Below, one piece after another: positions 47,510 to 57,076 of a stretch of DNA of 64,000 nucleotides (position 1 is the first letter of the stretch; every line of letters begins with the position of its first letter). A model generated the notes under the pieces. That model was not told the DNA's origin. It was given only the letters and a program-made list of their open reading frames with translations, and made no database searches. Where the stretch lies: the NCBI GenBank assembly GCA_016184145.1, contig JACPDF010000023.1, positions 1,229 through 65,228 of the forward strand, in the 5' to 3' direction. This DNA comes from Candidatus Woesearchaeota archaeon (GTDB lineage Archaea > Nanobdellota > Nanobdellia > Woesearchaeales > GW2011-AR4). The translations under genes were made by a program, and so were the position numbers.

Positions 47510-49225
47510 CTAATCCCTCAACAAAATCTCAATTACTCTTGCGAACACCGGCCTGGAAATAAATACCCCGATTGATGCGCCCAATATTGTTATGATTGCA
47601 AAGCCCTTTAATAATCCGGCTCCGGCAAATATCAGCGGTATTAAGGCAACAAAAACAGTAAAATAGGACGTCATTATAATTGAGAAAGCCCTCTTTATCC
47701 TTTCCTTCCAGTTTGCGGCAAATCTCTCCCCCCTTAAAGTCTCGTCGGTTATGACAATCTGGTGGTTTACCCCAGTGCCTACTGTTATTATAATTCCTGC
47801 CACTGCCGCCAAGTCAATATTCCATCCTATTAATGCCGCTACCCCCAGCAGCAATATAATTTCAGATGCCGAAACTATCACAATTGGAATTGAAATCACC
47901 AATTTTCTGTATCTTGCAAATATAACAACAGAAACAACCGCTAAAGACAAAACAGCCGCAATAATTGCATTCCTCAAAAATTCCTCTCCAAGCAATGGGC
48001 TGATTGCATCTATCTTTACGATATCCAGTTTGATTGGCAAAGAGCCGGTAATGAGGACTGTCTGCAGCCTTTTCATATTGCCCAATGCATCAAATACTGC
48101 CTGTTGCTGGTTGGAGCCGACACCGCTCCCTGAAATCTGTATCTCTGTTGTTGCGCTTCCCTGCAGCTCAACGCCTATGTTAAGCTCGTCAACTTTTGCA
48201 TCATCAAGATAAAGCTCCAATGGCTCAGATAAGTATCTTCCATCACCTGCCACCGGAATGTTCCTCGTTATGTCCGCCTGCCTTTGCGCAGCCTCCAGGG
48301 TTATTGAAATTGAGAACCTAAAGCGGCATAAGTCCTGGCTTCCTGAGCTTGAGCAGCCTGCATTTGGGTCTATGCCTGCGCAGTCAGCTGACCTGCATAC
48401 AAAAACAATGTCTTTTCCCCCAATAAAAACAGTCTTATTCGCGATTTTTGCCTCGAATTTTCCCTGCTTTGCAAGCAAAGTCCTTATTTCCTCCTCTGTT
48501 GCCCCGGCAATCTCGACAAGTATGTACTGGTTGCCAACCAAATCAGAGGCATCCCTTATTATCAAGTCGCTTAATCCGTAAACATTAAGCCTTTCCCCCA
48601 TATTGTCTATTAAAGTCTGCAAATCCTGCGTTGCTAATTTTTTTTCGGGCTGCAAAAGAACTCTTGTTCCTCCCTGCAAATCAAGGCCTTTTCTTATGTT
48701 TGTTTTAGGAGCCTTGAAAACCCTTACTCCAATGTCTTGCGGGCCTTTGCTTACTTGCTTTGTTTTTGGAACATCTATTATTCTCTTTACTGTCTCGTTA
48801 ATCTCCACTACAGCGCCATTAACTGTCCGGTTTTTTGCTGTTATTTCCTCTATTTCCTTTTTCTCTGTCTGATTTAATTTTATTGTTTCTATGTCTTCTT
48901 TTACTTTCAGCCTGTACAATGCCTTATTTGTTTTTATCTGCAATGACTGGTTTATTTTCAATGAGTTGGCAAAATTATAATAGTCCTCAACTGTTTTAAT
49001 CGGCACATTATTAATTTCCAATATTCTCTCCCTGTTGACAGGGCTTATTGTGGGGGTAGGCTGCTGGATGCCCGCTTCCATAGCTGCTGAATTTGAAACT
49101 ACGCTTCTTATTGCAACCCCTTCCACCCATGGCTTTGGATTGATTGAAACTATAGCCAATACTAATAAAACCAGGAAGATTATCACCCTGACATTCTTGA
49201 TTATTTTTTTAGCTTTGTAGTACAT
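47510..49225 (-). CDS. secD: protein-export membrane protein SecD
   Basis: large extracytoplasmic domain then six C-terminal TM helices; downstream of secF. Confidence 0.7.
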   Translation of the reverse strand: MYYKAKKIIKNVRVIIFLVLLVLAIVSINPKPWVEGVAIRSVVSNSAAMEAGIQQPTPTISPVNRERILEINNVPIKTVEDYYNFANSLKINQSLQIKTNKALYRLKVKEDIETIKLNQTEKKEIEEITAKNRTVNGAVVEINETVKRIIDVPKTKQVSKGPQDIGVRVFKAPKTNIRKGLDLQGGTRVLLQPEKKLATQDLQTLIDNMGERLNVYGLSDLIIRDASDLVGNQYILVEIAGATEEEIRTLLAKQGKFEAKIANKTVFIGGKDIVFVCRSADCAGIDPNAGCSSSGSQDLCRFRFSISITLEAAQRQADITRNIPVAGDGRYLSEPLELYLDDAKVDELNIGVELQGSATTEIQISGSGVGSNQQQAVFDALGNMKRLQTVLITGSLPIKLDIVKIDAISPLLGEEFLRNAIIAAVLSLAVVSVVIFARYRKLVISIPIVIVSASEIILLLGVAALIGWNIDLAAVAGIIITVGTGVNHQIVITDETLRGERFAANWKERIKRAFSIIMTSYFTVFVALIPLIFAGAGLLKGFAIITILGASIGVFISRPVFARVIEILLRD

Positions 49226-50222
49226 TTTGCCGCTTCCTTGCTTTTCTTTCCAGGTAAATCCTCAAAATTCCAACGTTTTGTATCCATGTGTTGATTAAAT
49301 CAACTAAAAGCCCGATTAGCAATATTATCATAATCTGCCTTATAACCTCTGATTGCGTTACCAGCAAAGCAGCTATTGCCGCTACAATAGCCGTAGCCGA
49401 CATCATCAAGCCCGTTTTAATTGCCCCATAGACTCTTTCCATTTCTGTTTCTTCTTTTCTTTTTAAGACCCTGGTTGACAGCAAGATATCAGTATCAACG
49501 CTGTAACCAATTAACATTAAGAAAGCTGCAATTCCCGCTGCGCTGATTTTCATGCCAAGCAAATTCACAATAGCCAAGGTTACAACCATATCAGAAAAAG
49601 CTGCAAGTATTACCGCCATAGAGGGCACAAAAGTGCGGAAAGAAATAAACACAACCAATGCCATGAAGACGAATGCAATTGATAATGCAATGAGCAATTC
49701 CTTGAAAAATGAAGCTCCCAAAGAGGGCCCGACAACCTCGACAGCATAATCCTGTGCTGAAAGCTTTTTGTTTAGCGCATTCCCGATTTCCTCTATCAGC
49801 TTGGCGGTTTGCTCCTGGCTAACGTCAGCCTCAACTATAAATCCTGTCTGCCTTCCAAACTGGCTTATCGAATTGGTTGCTATATCGTTGCCAGGGAACT
49901 TTGAAGAAATAGTTTTTTCCAATTGAATTATATCAATATTCTGCTGGGTTGATACTGTAACTGTAACGCCGCCTTTAAGGCTGATGTCCCTGTTTATGAA
50001 ATCCCCTGTTGTTGCGAAATTAAAGCCGATAAGAAGCATTGCTATCAAAAGAAGGGAAAACGGCAGTATTAGCAGCTTCTTGTACTGGCTTTCATAGAAA
50101 TGCTTAATGCCGGAAAACCTGCTCTTAGGGGCTTCTTCCATTCCTGAAAAGAAAAATAATGTTTTTATAAAGGTTGCGGAAAGAAGTCGGAAAAAGAGAT
50201 ATTGAAGTGATTGCTTAATCAC
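49209..50222 (-). CDS. secF: protein-export membrane protein SecF (GTG start)
   Basis: TM1 - about 100-aa loop - five TM helices; overlaps the secD start. Confidence 0.7.
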   Translation of the reverse strand: MIKQSLQYLFFRLLSATFIKTLFFFSGMEEAPKSRFSGIKHFYESQYKKLLILPFSLLLIAMLLIGFNFATTGDFINRDISLKGGVTVTVSTQQNIDIIQLEKTISSKFPGNDIATNSISQFGRQTGFIVEADVSQEQTAKLIEEIGNALNKKLSAQDYAVEVVGPSLGASFFKELLIALSIAFVFMALVVFISFRTFVPSMAVILAAFSDMVVTLAIVNLLGMKISAAGIAAFLMLIGYSVDTDILLSTRVLKRKEETEMERVYGAIKTGLMMSATAIVAAIAALLVTQSEVIRQIMIILLIGLLVDLINTWIQNVGILRIYLERKARKRQNVLQS

Positions 50223-50344
50223 TTATACTTCAATTTTAAAACCAGCAATGACATTGCCATTAAAAACTCTATTAAGGCAAAAATTCCCAATGGGGCAATC
50301 TTATTTGCAATTGCGTAAACTATCCAAAGCGCTAATCCCGACAT
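50219..50344 (-). CDS. putative 41-aa single-TM micro-protein translationally coupled to secF
   Basis: MSGLALWIVYAIANKIAPLGIFALIEFLMAMSLLVLKLKYK; its TGA overlaps the secF GTG; below the ORF-track size cutoff. Confidence 0.25.
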   Translation of the reverse strand: MSGLALWIVYAIANKIAPLGIFALIEFLMAMSLLVLKLKYK

Positions 50345-50608
50345 TAAAGTCAAGTTCCACAATATAGAAATATCCTTATAGTAAAGGACACAAATTTTTA
50401 GACATAAATATGTCCTTTACTTATTACGAACGGACAACTATTGGTTTGAATTTATGAAAACCTTGAAAATCTCTGATTTTCATTGTATAAAAATTTTTGT
50501 CCGGGAGTATAGTTGATTTTGTTTTCCATGCCTTTATTACTTGAGGGGACAAAGCTATTGCAACCAAAAAACCAGCCGTCCACCCAATAATTTCAAAGAT
50601 GTGGTCAT

Positions 50609-52330
50609 TTAATTATTTTTTGTGCTAGCCCTTACAAACCCATAAAACAAAGGGCTTGGATTGCCTAACCTTGACTTAAATTCCGGATGCGCCTGCGTTC
50701 CTATAAAGAAGGGATGTTTTGGCAGCTCAATGTATTCCATCAATTTTGTCTTGTCCTCCCTTAAATGATAACCGGAGAAAACCAATCCATTTTTTTCTAG
50801 AGTATTAATAAACTTGGGATTAACTTCATAGCGGTGCCTGTGCCTTTCCAGCACAATATTCCTCTCGTGGTCTAAAATCCCCAACCTAAATTCCTGTGAT
50901 TTGTCTTTCTTTAATTTGCCGATTTTTTCTTCATCCTCTTTCAGCCTTCCTGTTTCCTTGTACAATTTCAGAACCTGGCTTTTATCCTTTAAAACAGCAG
51001 CGTAAGCGCCTAGGCGCATTGTGCCTCCGTATTGCGATTTTTCCATAAGCTCTTTTTGTGTTGGCAGCATGTCAATTACAGGAGCGTTAGTCTTCTCGTT
51101 TTCCGCTGTGTTTGCATTTTTCATATTGCATACATTCCTTGCAAATTCAACAACTGCCAATTGAAGCCCATAGCACAAGCCAAGGTAAGGCATCTTATGC
51201 GTCCTTGCATAATTAATGGCTTTTATCTTTCCTTCTACTCCAGAAGCGCCAAAGCCACCTGGCACTATAATCCCATTGTACTCTTTTAGAATACCAATAT
51301 TCCTGCTATTATCCTCAAACCTTTTTGAGTCAACCCAGTGTATCTCCACCCCTGCATCCAAAGATGCGCCTGCATGTATCAAAGCCTGGTTGACGCTTAC
51401 ATAGCTATCAGCTAAATTATAGTCTCCGATGTCAACATACTTTCCCACAATAGCAACCTTAACTGCCTTTTTTGGATTCTTTATCCTGCTTACCAATTTT
51501 TTCCATTCATTCCAGTTTGGCTCTTTTTTCGGCTTCAATTCCAGTTTTTTCAGGATTTTGATGCCAAGCTGCTCTTTTTCCAGGTCTAAAGGTATAGAGT
51601 AAATGGTGTCTATGTCGGGCTCTGAAATCACATGCTCTGAGGGGATATTTGCATATGTCTCTATTTTCTGTTTCCTTACCCTGTCAAGGGCCTTTTTTGC
51701 CCTGCAGACAATGAAATCCGGAAAAATGCCATTTTCGCTTAGCAGCCTGATGGCCTGCTGAGTGGGTTTGGTCTTCATTTCCTCTATATGGGAGGGTATC
51801 GGAAGGTATGTTATAAGAATGTATATGACATTATCTTTTCCAAGCTCCCTTTCCATGCTTTTCATCGCAAAAAGGAAGGGTATGTTTTCATAGTCTCCAA
51901 TAGTGCCGCCAATCTCAACAATAGAAATATCATGCTCTTTGCTTGCTTCTGCTATCCTTCTTTTTATTTCATCAGGCACATGGGGGATAAACTGCACAGT
52001 TTTTCCAAGATATTTCCCTTCCCTTTCCTTGTCAATTATTGTCTTGTATATCTGCCCTGTGGTTATGTTGTTCTTTTTCGGGACCTCAACATCCAGGAAC
52101 CTTTCATAATTTCCCAAATCCTGGTCTATTTCGCCGCCATCATCAGTAACCCATACCTCGCCATGCTCTGTCGGCCTTAATGTTCCTGCATCATAATTAA
52201 TGTAAGGATCTATCTTTATTGTTGTTACCCTGAAGCCATGCTCTGAGAGAATTCTTGCTATTGAGGCTGTGGTAACTCCCTTGCCTACTCCGCTCATTAC
52301 TCCCCCAGCTACAACTATGTACTTAGTCAT
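50609..52330 (-). CDS. pyrG: CTP synthase
   Basis: MTKYIVVAGGVMSGVGKGVTTASIARIL N-terminus; C-terminal glutamine amidotransferase (LGLCYGLQ). Confidence 0.95.
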   Translation of the reverse strand: MTKYIVVAGGVMSGVGKGVTTASIARILSEHGFRVTTIKIDPYINYDAGTLRPTEHGEVWVTDDGGEIDQDLGNYERFLDVEVPKKNNITTGQIYKTIIDKEREGKYLGKTVQFIPHVPDEIKRRIAEASKEHDISIVEIGGTIGDYENIPFLFAMKSMERELGKDNVIYILITYLPIPSHIEEMKTKPTQQAIRLLSENGIFPDFIVCRAKKALDRVRKQKIETYANIPSEHVISEPDIDTIYSIPLDLEKEQLGIKILKKLELKPKKEPNWNEWKKLVSRIKNPKKAVKVAIVGKYVDIGDYNLADSYVSVNQALIHAGASLDAGVEIHWVDSKRFEDNSRNIGILKEYNGIIVPGGFGASGVEGKIKAINYARTHKMPYLGLCYGLQLAVVEFARNVCNMKNANTAENEKTNAPVIDMLPTQKELMEKSQYGGTMRLGAYAAVLKDKSQVLKLYKETGRLKEDEEKIGKLKKDKSQEFRLGILDHERNIVLERHRHRYEVNPKFINTLEKNGLVFSGYHLREDKTKLMEYIELPKHPFFIGTQAHPEFKSRLGNPSPLFYGFVRASTKNN

Positions 52331-52535
52331 GGACACCATCCCCTAAGTCAAAAAGAATTAAGTTTTTTACTCGTTGCATCAATAAGGTATGAAACAATCC
52401 ATATAAATAGTTTGCGGTTTTTTGCCATATAGTATAGCTTTCTGAAATCGTTAAATGCCTAAAGAAGATTTGCCAGCTTTTTTATGTCTTTGTTTCATTT
52501 CCTACATTCAGGCAACTTCGTTTAATTCTATAACT

Positions 52536-52778
52536 TTAGAATAATTTTTCTGCTAATAAGTATAAGCCATAAGCCGCTAGAGAATAAGCAGCAAGTTTTC
52601 CAACGTCATGTGCAGCTGCCATTCTATACATCCGTGGTTTGAAATTTTTAGGAACTAAGCCTTCTTTGTCCTCTTTTCTTGCAGCTAGTAACATAGATCC
52701 GGGAACAAGCAAAAATGCTAACCCTCCCTCTTGGCTTATTCTTTGGTACAATTGAGTTTCTAATGTTTCATATTCCAT
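52536..52778 (-). CDS. hypothetical small protein
   Basis: 80-aa ORF, somewhat higher GC than the surroundings; no motif recognised. Confidence 0.25.
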   Translation of the reverse strand: MEYETLETQLYQRISQEGGLAFLLVPGSMLLAARKEDKEGLVPKNFKPRMYRMAAAHDVGKLAAYSLAAYGLYLLAEKLF

Positions 52779-52881
52779 AACAAATAGTATAAACCTTATC
52801 TTTATAAATCTTCTGATTTATTTACTACTATAAAGTTAATATCAATAACGCCAAAACCTCAAATCATCTGATTCAGCTTCG

Positions 52882-53454
52882 TTACAAGAATGCCTGCGCC
52901 AAACCCAAAAACACCTTGCTGCCGTCAAAGCCGGGTATGGGCAGCATATTGAAGATAAACAGGAACATATTAATCCTTGACGTCAAAAATAAAGCTGCAC
53001 CATATTTTCTTGGCAATAACTTTTGCTTTATCATTAATAATGAGCCTAGCCATAATATCAAATTTATGGCAGGCCCCGCAAAAGCCACCAAAGAGGATTC
53101 CAAAGCAGTTGCCTGGCCCAATATGGATACATAGGCAGGGACAAAGAATATGAAGGGGAAATTCATTAATTTTAGAATCAGCCCCAAAGCAAGGAAAAAA
53201 TAAGCTGCTTGGAATTGTGCCTGCAAGCCAAAGCCCAAGGCAACAAACTTGTGGCCCAATTCATGCAATATAATTGCGGGAGCAGTGACCAAAGCTGCAA
53301 ACTTTAAGTCACTAAAGTCAAAGCCTGCCTTAAAGTGCTTCAAAGGATCATAATCCTCTGGAACAGGCCTCTTGAAAACGCCAGAGAATATATACCCAAC
53401 TGCCAAGGTCATTATAACCATATCCAATATCTCTGAAAAGGCAAAAAAAGGCAT
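52882..53454 (-). CDS. M50/site-2-protease-like membrane metalloprotease
   Basis: HELGH zinc motif in a TM helix and the downstream NMLPIPGFDGSKV (LDG-type) motif. Confidence 0.6.
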   Translation of the reverse strand: MPFFAFSEILDMVIMTLAVGYIFSGVFKRPVPEDYDPLKHFKAGFDFSDLKFAALVTAPAIILHELGHKFVALGFGLQAQFQAAYFFLALGLILKLMNFPFIFFVPAYVSILGQATALESSLVAFAGPAINLILWLGSLLMIKQKLLPRKYGAALFLTSRINMFLFIFNMLPIPGFDGSKVFLGLAQAFL

Positions 53455-53525
53455 TTTATCAGACTAAGTTATAATTATTTTTAATTCTATTGTTTTTGAA
53501 AACAATATGCCCGAGCATTTAATTT

Positions 53526-54356
53526 CTATTGCTCCATGATCTCATAGAATACATAAAGAACCCTGTCTATTCCCCTGACCAAGTCAAAGCCATTGCCTTC
53601 CACAATAATGCAGTTGCGGTCAAAAGAAACTTTGCTTTCATTCGCTTCCTTCACATATAAAACAAATTTATCTGTATTGTCGCATGTTATTATCGGCCTG
53701 TCCCTGCACGCAAAAGTCTCATTTCTGTCGCAGGCTGCTATAGGCTGCTTAAAGAATATATCTGCCATATGCCGTTCAAAGTCTGCAACTGCAAGAGCTA
53801 CACGCGAAAAATCCTTTCCAGTAGGGTCAAAAGTAACATAATAGTCGGTAGCGTTATTGAAAAGATTGAAATCCAAAGCACCGCTTATCTTAATATCCTC
53901 CACTTCCTTCGGCCCGTACCTGAATTGCACATTATACAATCTGGTCTTTTGTGGGCTTACAAGCTGAATATACCATAAATCCTCAAACTTTACGAAAGAA
54001 TAAACATCTTTGTACAAGTATCCCTGATCCGGCTTTAATTTTCCCTTGAAGTTGAGCTGATGCAGATCATCAATTGTCTTAGGCTGCTCCTGTGTAAAAA
54101 GCCTTATTCCGAATACAACAGCAAAAAGCAGCATCAATAAAACAGCGCCTATTATAAGAATTTTATCTGACTTGAATTTTGCCTCTTTAGGCTCTTCTTT
54201 TTCAGTCTGTGTTTTTTTCTCCGGTATTTCCTCTATTTCCTTTTTCTTTTTTTCATACTCTTCCCTGCTTATGACGCCTTCCTCAAAACTTTCCTCAAGC
54301 TTTTTTAATTTTATTTCTTTCATTGTCAAAAACCACCCATCATAGATGGGTGGCAT
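53526..54356 (-). CDS. membrane-anchored hypothetical protein (paralog of 54622-55284); the true start is probably the internal Met near 54323
   Basis: N-terminal charged SHOCT-like helix and TM; C-terminal region is homologous to the neighbouring gene (RPIITCDNTDKFVLYV.../APVITCSNSTNFVPVVY...). Confidence 0.45.
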   Translation of the reverse strand: MPPIYDGWFLTMKEIKLKKLEESFEEGVISREEYEKKKKEIEEIPEKKTQTEKEEPKEAKFKSDKILIIGAVLLMLLFAVVFGIRLFTQEQPKTIDDLHQLNFKGKLKPDQGYLYKDVYSFVKFEDLWYIQLVSPQKTRLYNVQFRYGPKEVEDIKISGALDFNLFNNATDYYVTFDPTGKDFSRVALAVADFERHMADIFFKQPIAACDRNETFACRDRPIITCDNTDKFVLYVKEANESKVSFDRNCIIVEGNGFDLVRGIDRVLYVFYEIMEQ

Positions 54357-54440
54357 GTAATAATTTTATTATGTATTATGGTGGTTTTTGACTAAGCGAA
54401 TTCCACCACTATTTATCCACCAATCATAGAATTGGTGGAA
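54325..54440. repeat. palindromic element family 2, copy X
   Basis: gtcaaaaaccacc ... ggtggtttttgac 13-bp inverted repeat; ccacccatc/gatgggtgg and ccaccaat/attggtgg palindromes; homologous to 58349-58478. Confidence 0.55.
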
Positions 54441-54518
54441 TTTTAGCGTATTAAACAAACCTTTTTATTATAAATATCCCATAGGGATACAGGAACGTAA
54501 GTGGCTGTATTTAAAATG

Positions 54519-54622
54519 AAAGCTACGAACCTTTGTTGATAATATGACTCCATCGTTCCGAGTCTCCGTAGGAGACTCATTGCATTGGAGTTTGCCTCAA
54601 GGCAAAATAGTGAGTATGCTTT
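54519..54622. repeat. small structured element, long form of the 10566-10596 mini-element
   Basis: same termini, AAAGCTACGAAC ... AGTGAGTATGCTTT, with an 85-nt interior containing gagtctcc/ggagactc and ttgcc/ggcaa hairpins; outer stem aaaatgaaagc/gctttcatttt. Confidence 0.5.
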
Positions 54623-55284
54623 CATTTTATTATCCCCAGAATGCCGTATACAAGCCTGTCCTTAAGCCTTATGACATCTGCATTGCTTGCTGCTTCTGCT
54701 ATAATGCAATTGCCCTGCATATAAATCTTGGTGGCATTCCCTTTTGTAAAATAAACTACAGGCACAAAATTTGTGGAATTGCTGCATGTTATTACCGGCG
54801 CATTATATTTTGTCTGGTTTGTAAAGCCGCTCCTTATAAAAACATTAAAGTTGCTTAGGGTGATGCCCATCTGGTATTGTGCAAGGGCAATTCCCTCCGC
54901 AAATGTATCGTTGATGTCAGAGGTTATGTCAATCTGCGGCTTGTTTTTCAGCCTGCTGATCGCGTTGTCGTCTGCTGGTATAGCCTCAATTTCCGAGGGA
55001 AAATACGTAAACATGGCCTCTCTTCCGTCTATATTAGTGGACCAGAAATCGCCCCTGTTGAAAAACTTAAAGCCGTTATATGCGGCGCTTGCCCTACTGG
55101 AGCCAAATCCAAAGAATATAACGCCAAAAACGCTGCTAATCATTATAAAGCCTATGAAGTAGACCATGAATTTTTTTGTCTTATCAGCCCTGTCGTGATG
55201 CTTTCTCATGAAAAAAAGTGGAAAACTGCTGTATTTAAAGGTTTTTGTAAGATATTTCCAAATGGAAACTGAGTTTAAAAACAA
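54622..55284 (-). CDS. membrane-anchored hypothetical protein (paralog of 53526-54356)
   Basis: N-terminal TM; conserved C-terminal ...ITC.N...F...Y......K.....NCII.E motif block shared with its neighbour. Confidence 0.45.
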   Translation of the reverse strand: MFLNSVSIWKYLTKTFKYSSFPLFFMRKHHDRADKTKKFMVYFIGFIMISSVFGVIFFGFGSSRASAAYNGFKFFNRGDFWSTNIDGREAMFTYFPSEIEAIPADDNAISRLKNKPQIDITSDINDTFAEGIALAQYQMGITLSNFNVFIRSGFTNQTKYNAPVITCSNSTNFVPVVYFTKGNATKIYMQGNCIIAEAASNADVIRLKDRLVYGILGIIK

Positions 55285-55383
55285 TAAAAATGAAGAATTT
55301 GGAAAGCAAAAAGGATTATTTTTTAGTCTTTATTTGAAAATAAAACGAAAAATATATAAACAGCTGTCTATTTAAATGCACAT

Positions 55384-55932
55384 ATGTCTAAAATAATAAA
55401 CATAGATTCATTTTTGGTGCATTTTTTTGAAGATGCAAATAGATGGTTTCATGTCAGGGAAATGGCCAGATTGGCAAGGGTAAATCCTACAACCGCATCC
55501 AAATATCTTATTAAGCTCCACAAGGAAAATCTGCTTATAAAAAAGTATGAAAAAGGGCATTTATTGTTTAAAGCAAACAACGAAAATGATTTTTACAAAG
55601 ACGCAAAGGTATATTTTAATATAAAGTTATTAAGGCATTCCGGCCTAATCGAATATTTAGACAAGGAACTGCATTATCCTGAAGCAATTGTGCTTTTTGG
55701 CTCTTGCTCTAAAGGAGAAAATGATAAAAACAGCGATTTTGATTTATTTGCTGTAAGCAATGTAAAAAAAGAATTGGATTTAGGCGTATTTGAAAAAAAA
55801 ATTAAGGCAAGAATACAGCTATTTATCAAAAACAAAAAAGAATTTATAAACCTTCAAAAGGAAAACAAAAATTTAGCTAACGGTATAATCAATGGCATTG
55901 TTATAAAAGGCTACATTGAGGTTTTTGCATGA
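55384..55932 (+). CDS. nucleotidyltransferase (MNT) with N-terminal winged-helix domain
   Basis: IVLFGSCSKGENDKNSDFDLFAV NTase motif. Confidence 0.65.
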   Translation: MSKIINIDSFLVHFFEDANRWFHVREMARLARVNPTTASKYLIKLHKENLLIKKYEKGHLLFKANNENDFYKDAKVYFNIKLLRHSGLIEYLDKELHYPEAIVLFGSCSKGENDKNSDFDLFAVSNVKKELDLGVFEKKIKARIQLFIKNKKEFINLQKENKNLANGIINGIVIKGYIEVFA

Positions 55933-56345
55933 GATTTCAGGATTTCATAGAACAAGGCAAAGCCAGGAAAGGAAGCCCGGACGTTTCTAAAGTTAAATCT
56001 TTACTGGAAACTTCAAATAATCATTTATTGTTTCTAGAAAATCAAAAAATCAATGAAGTAAGCGCAGGAAGCATTTTAACAACTTACTATGAGGCATTAA
56101 GGGAAATAGTCGAGGCTATTTGTTTAAAAGAAGGATTTAAAGTCTACTCGCATGAGGCATTTACTTATTTCCTAAAAGAGAAAAATGAGGATATAATTGC
56201 GATAAAATTTGATAATCTGAGAAAGCTCAGAAATTCCATAAACTATTATGGCGAAAAAATTAGCTATAAAGAGGCTGAATATGCAAAAGAAGAAGCACTA
56301 AAGCTGATAAGGCTTCTTAAAAATGCATACTTAAAAGGGTTTTAA
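55929..56345 (+). CDS. HEPN-domain protein partner
   Basis: 138 aa, helical; motif region LRKLRNSINYYG; ATGA overlap with the MNT gene. Confidence 0.55.
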   Translation: MRFQDFIEQGKARKGSPDVSKVKSLLETSNNHLLFLENQKINEVSAGSILTTYYEALREIVEAICLKEGFKVYSHEAFTYFLKEKNEDIIAIKFDNLRKLRNSINYYGEKISYKEAEYAKEEALKLIRLLKNAYLKGF

Positions 56346-56385
56346 ATCATTATTTTTATGGAAAGGCGATAAAACCGGTTAAAAG

Positions 56386-57069
56386 ATGATGAAAGACACA
56401 ATAATAAAGCTGGACAATGTCTGGAAGATATACCAGATGGGAGAAGTCAAGGTGGAGGCTTTGAGAGGCTTAAGCCTTGAGATAAGGAAAGGCGAGTTTG
56501 TAGCGATAATGGGCCCCTCTGGAAGCGGAAAATCAACCGCTGTCAATATGATTGGCTGCCTGGATGTACCTACAAAAGGCCATATATACCTTGATCAGCA
56601 CGATATCTCAAAGCTTTCAGAATCAGATTTAGCGCAGATAAGGGGGAGAAAAATAGGGTTCATATTCCAGCAGTTCAATCTGCTGAACACATTAACGGCA
56701 TTGGAAAACGTTGCGTTGCCCATGCTTTTTCAGAATACCGACAGGGAAAAAAGATTAGAAACGGCTAAAAAGCTTCTGGAAATGGTAGAGCTTGGAGACA
56801 GGATGCAGCATAAGCCGAATGAACTTAGCGGAGGCCAGCAGCAGAGGGTTGCAATAGCAAGAAGCCTTTCAAATAACCCGGAAGTTGTTTTGGCAGACGA
56901 GCCTACCGGCAACCTAGACTCAAAAACAGGGGAGATTGTAATAAGGTTTTTAGAAAAACTTAATAAGGAAGGAAAAACTATAATAATGGTAAGCCATGAT
57001 GCAAATGTCGCAAGGCATGCGCAAAGGATTGAGCACCTCAAGGATGGAAGGGTAGTGAAAAGAGGCTAA
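56386..57069 (+). CDS. ABC transporter ATP-binding protein (MacB/LolD type)
   Basis: GPSGSGKST Walker A, LSGGQQQRVAIARS signature, LLADEPTGNLD. Confidence 0.9.
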   Translation: MMKDTIIKLDNVWKIYQMGEVKVEALRGLSLEIRKGEFVAIMGPSGSGKSTAVNMIGCLDVPTKGHIYLDQHDISKLSESDLAQIRGRKIGFIFQQFNLLNTLTALENVALPMLFQNTDREKRLETAKKLLEMVELGDRMQHKPNELSGGQQQRVAIARSLSNNPEVVLADEPTGNLDSKTGEIVIRFLEKLNKEGKTIIMVSHDANVARHAQRIEHLKDGRVVKRG

Positions 57070-57076
57070 CAATAAG

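Noticed and set aside
54443-54858. 60-aa minus-strand and 104-aa plus-strand ORFs between the two paralogous membrane-protein genes
   Set aside because: They overlap the structured 54519-54622 element and the 3' end of the adjacent gene, with no motifs.
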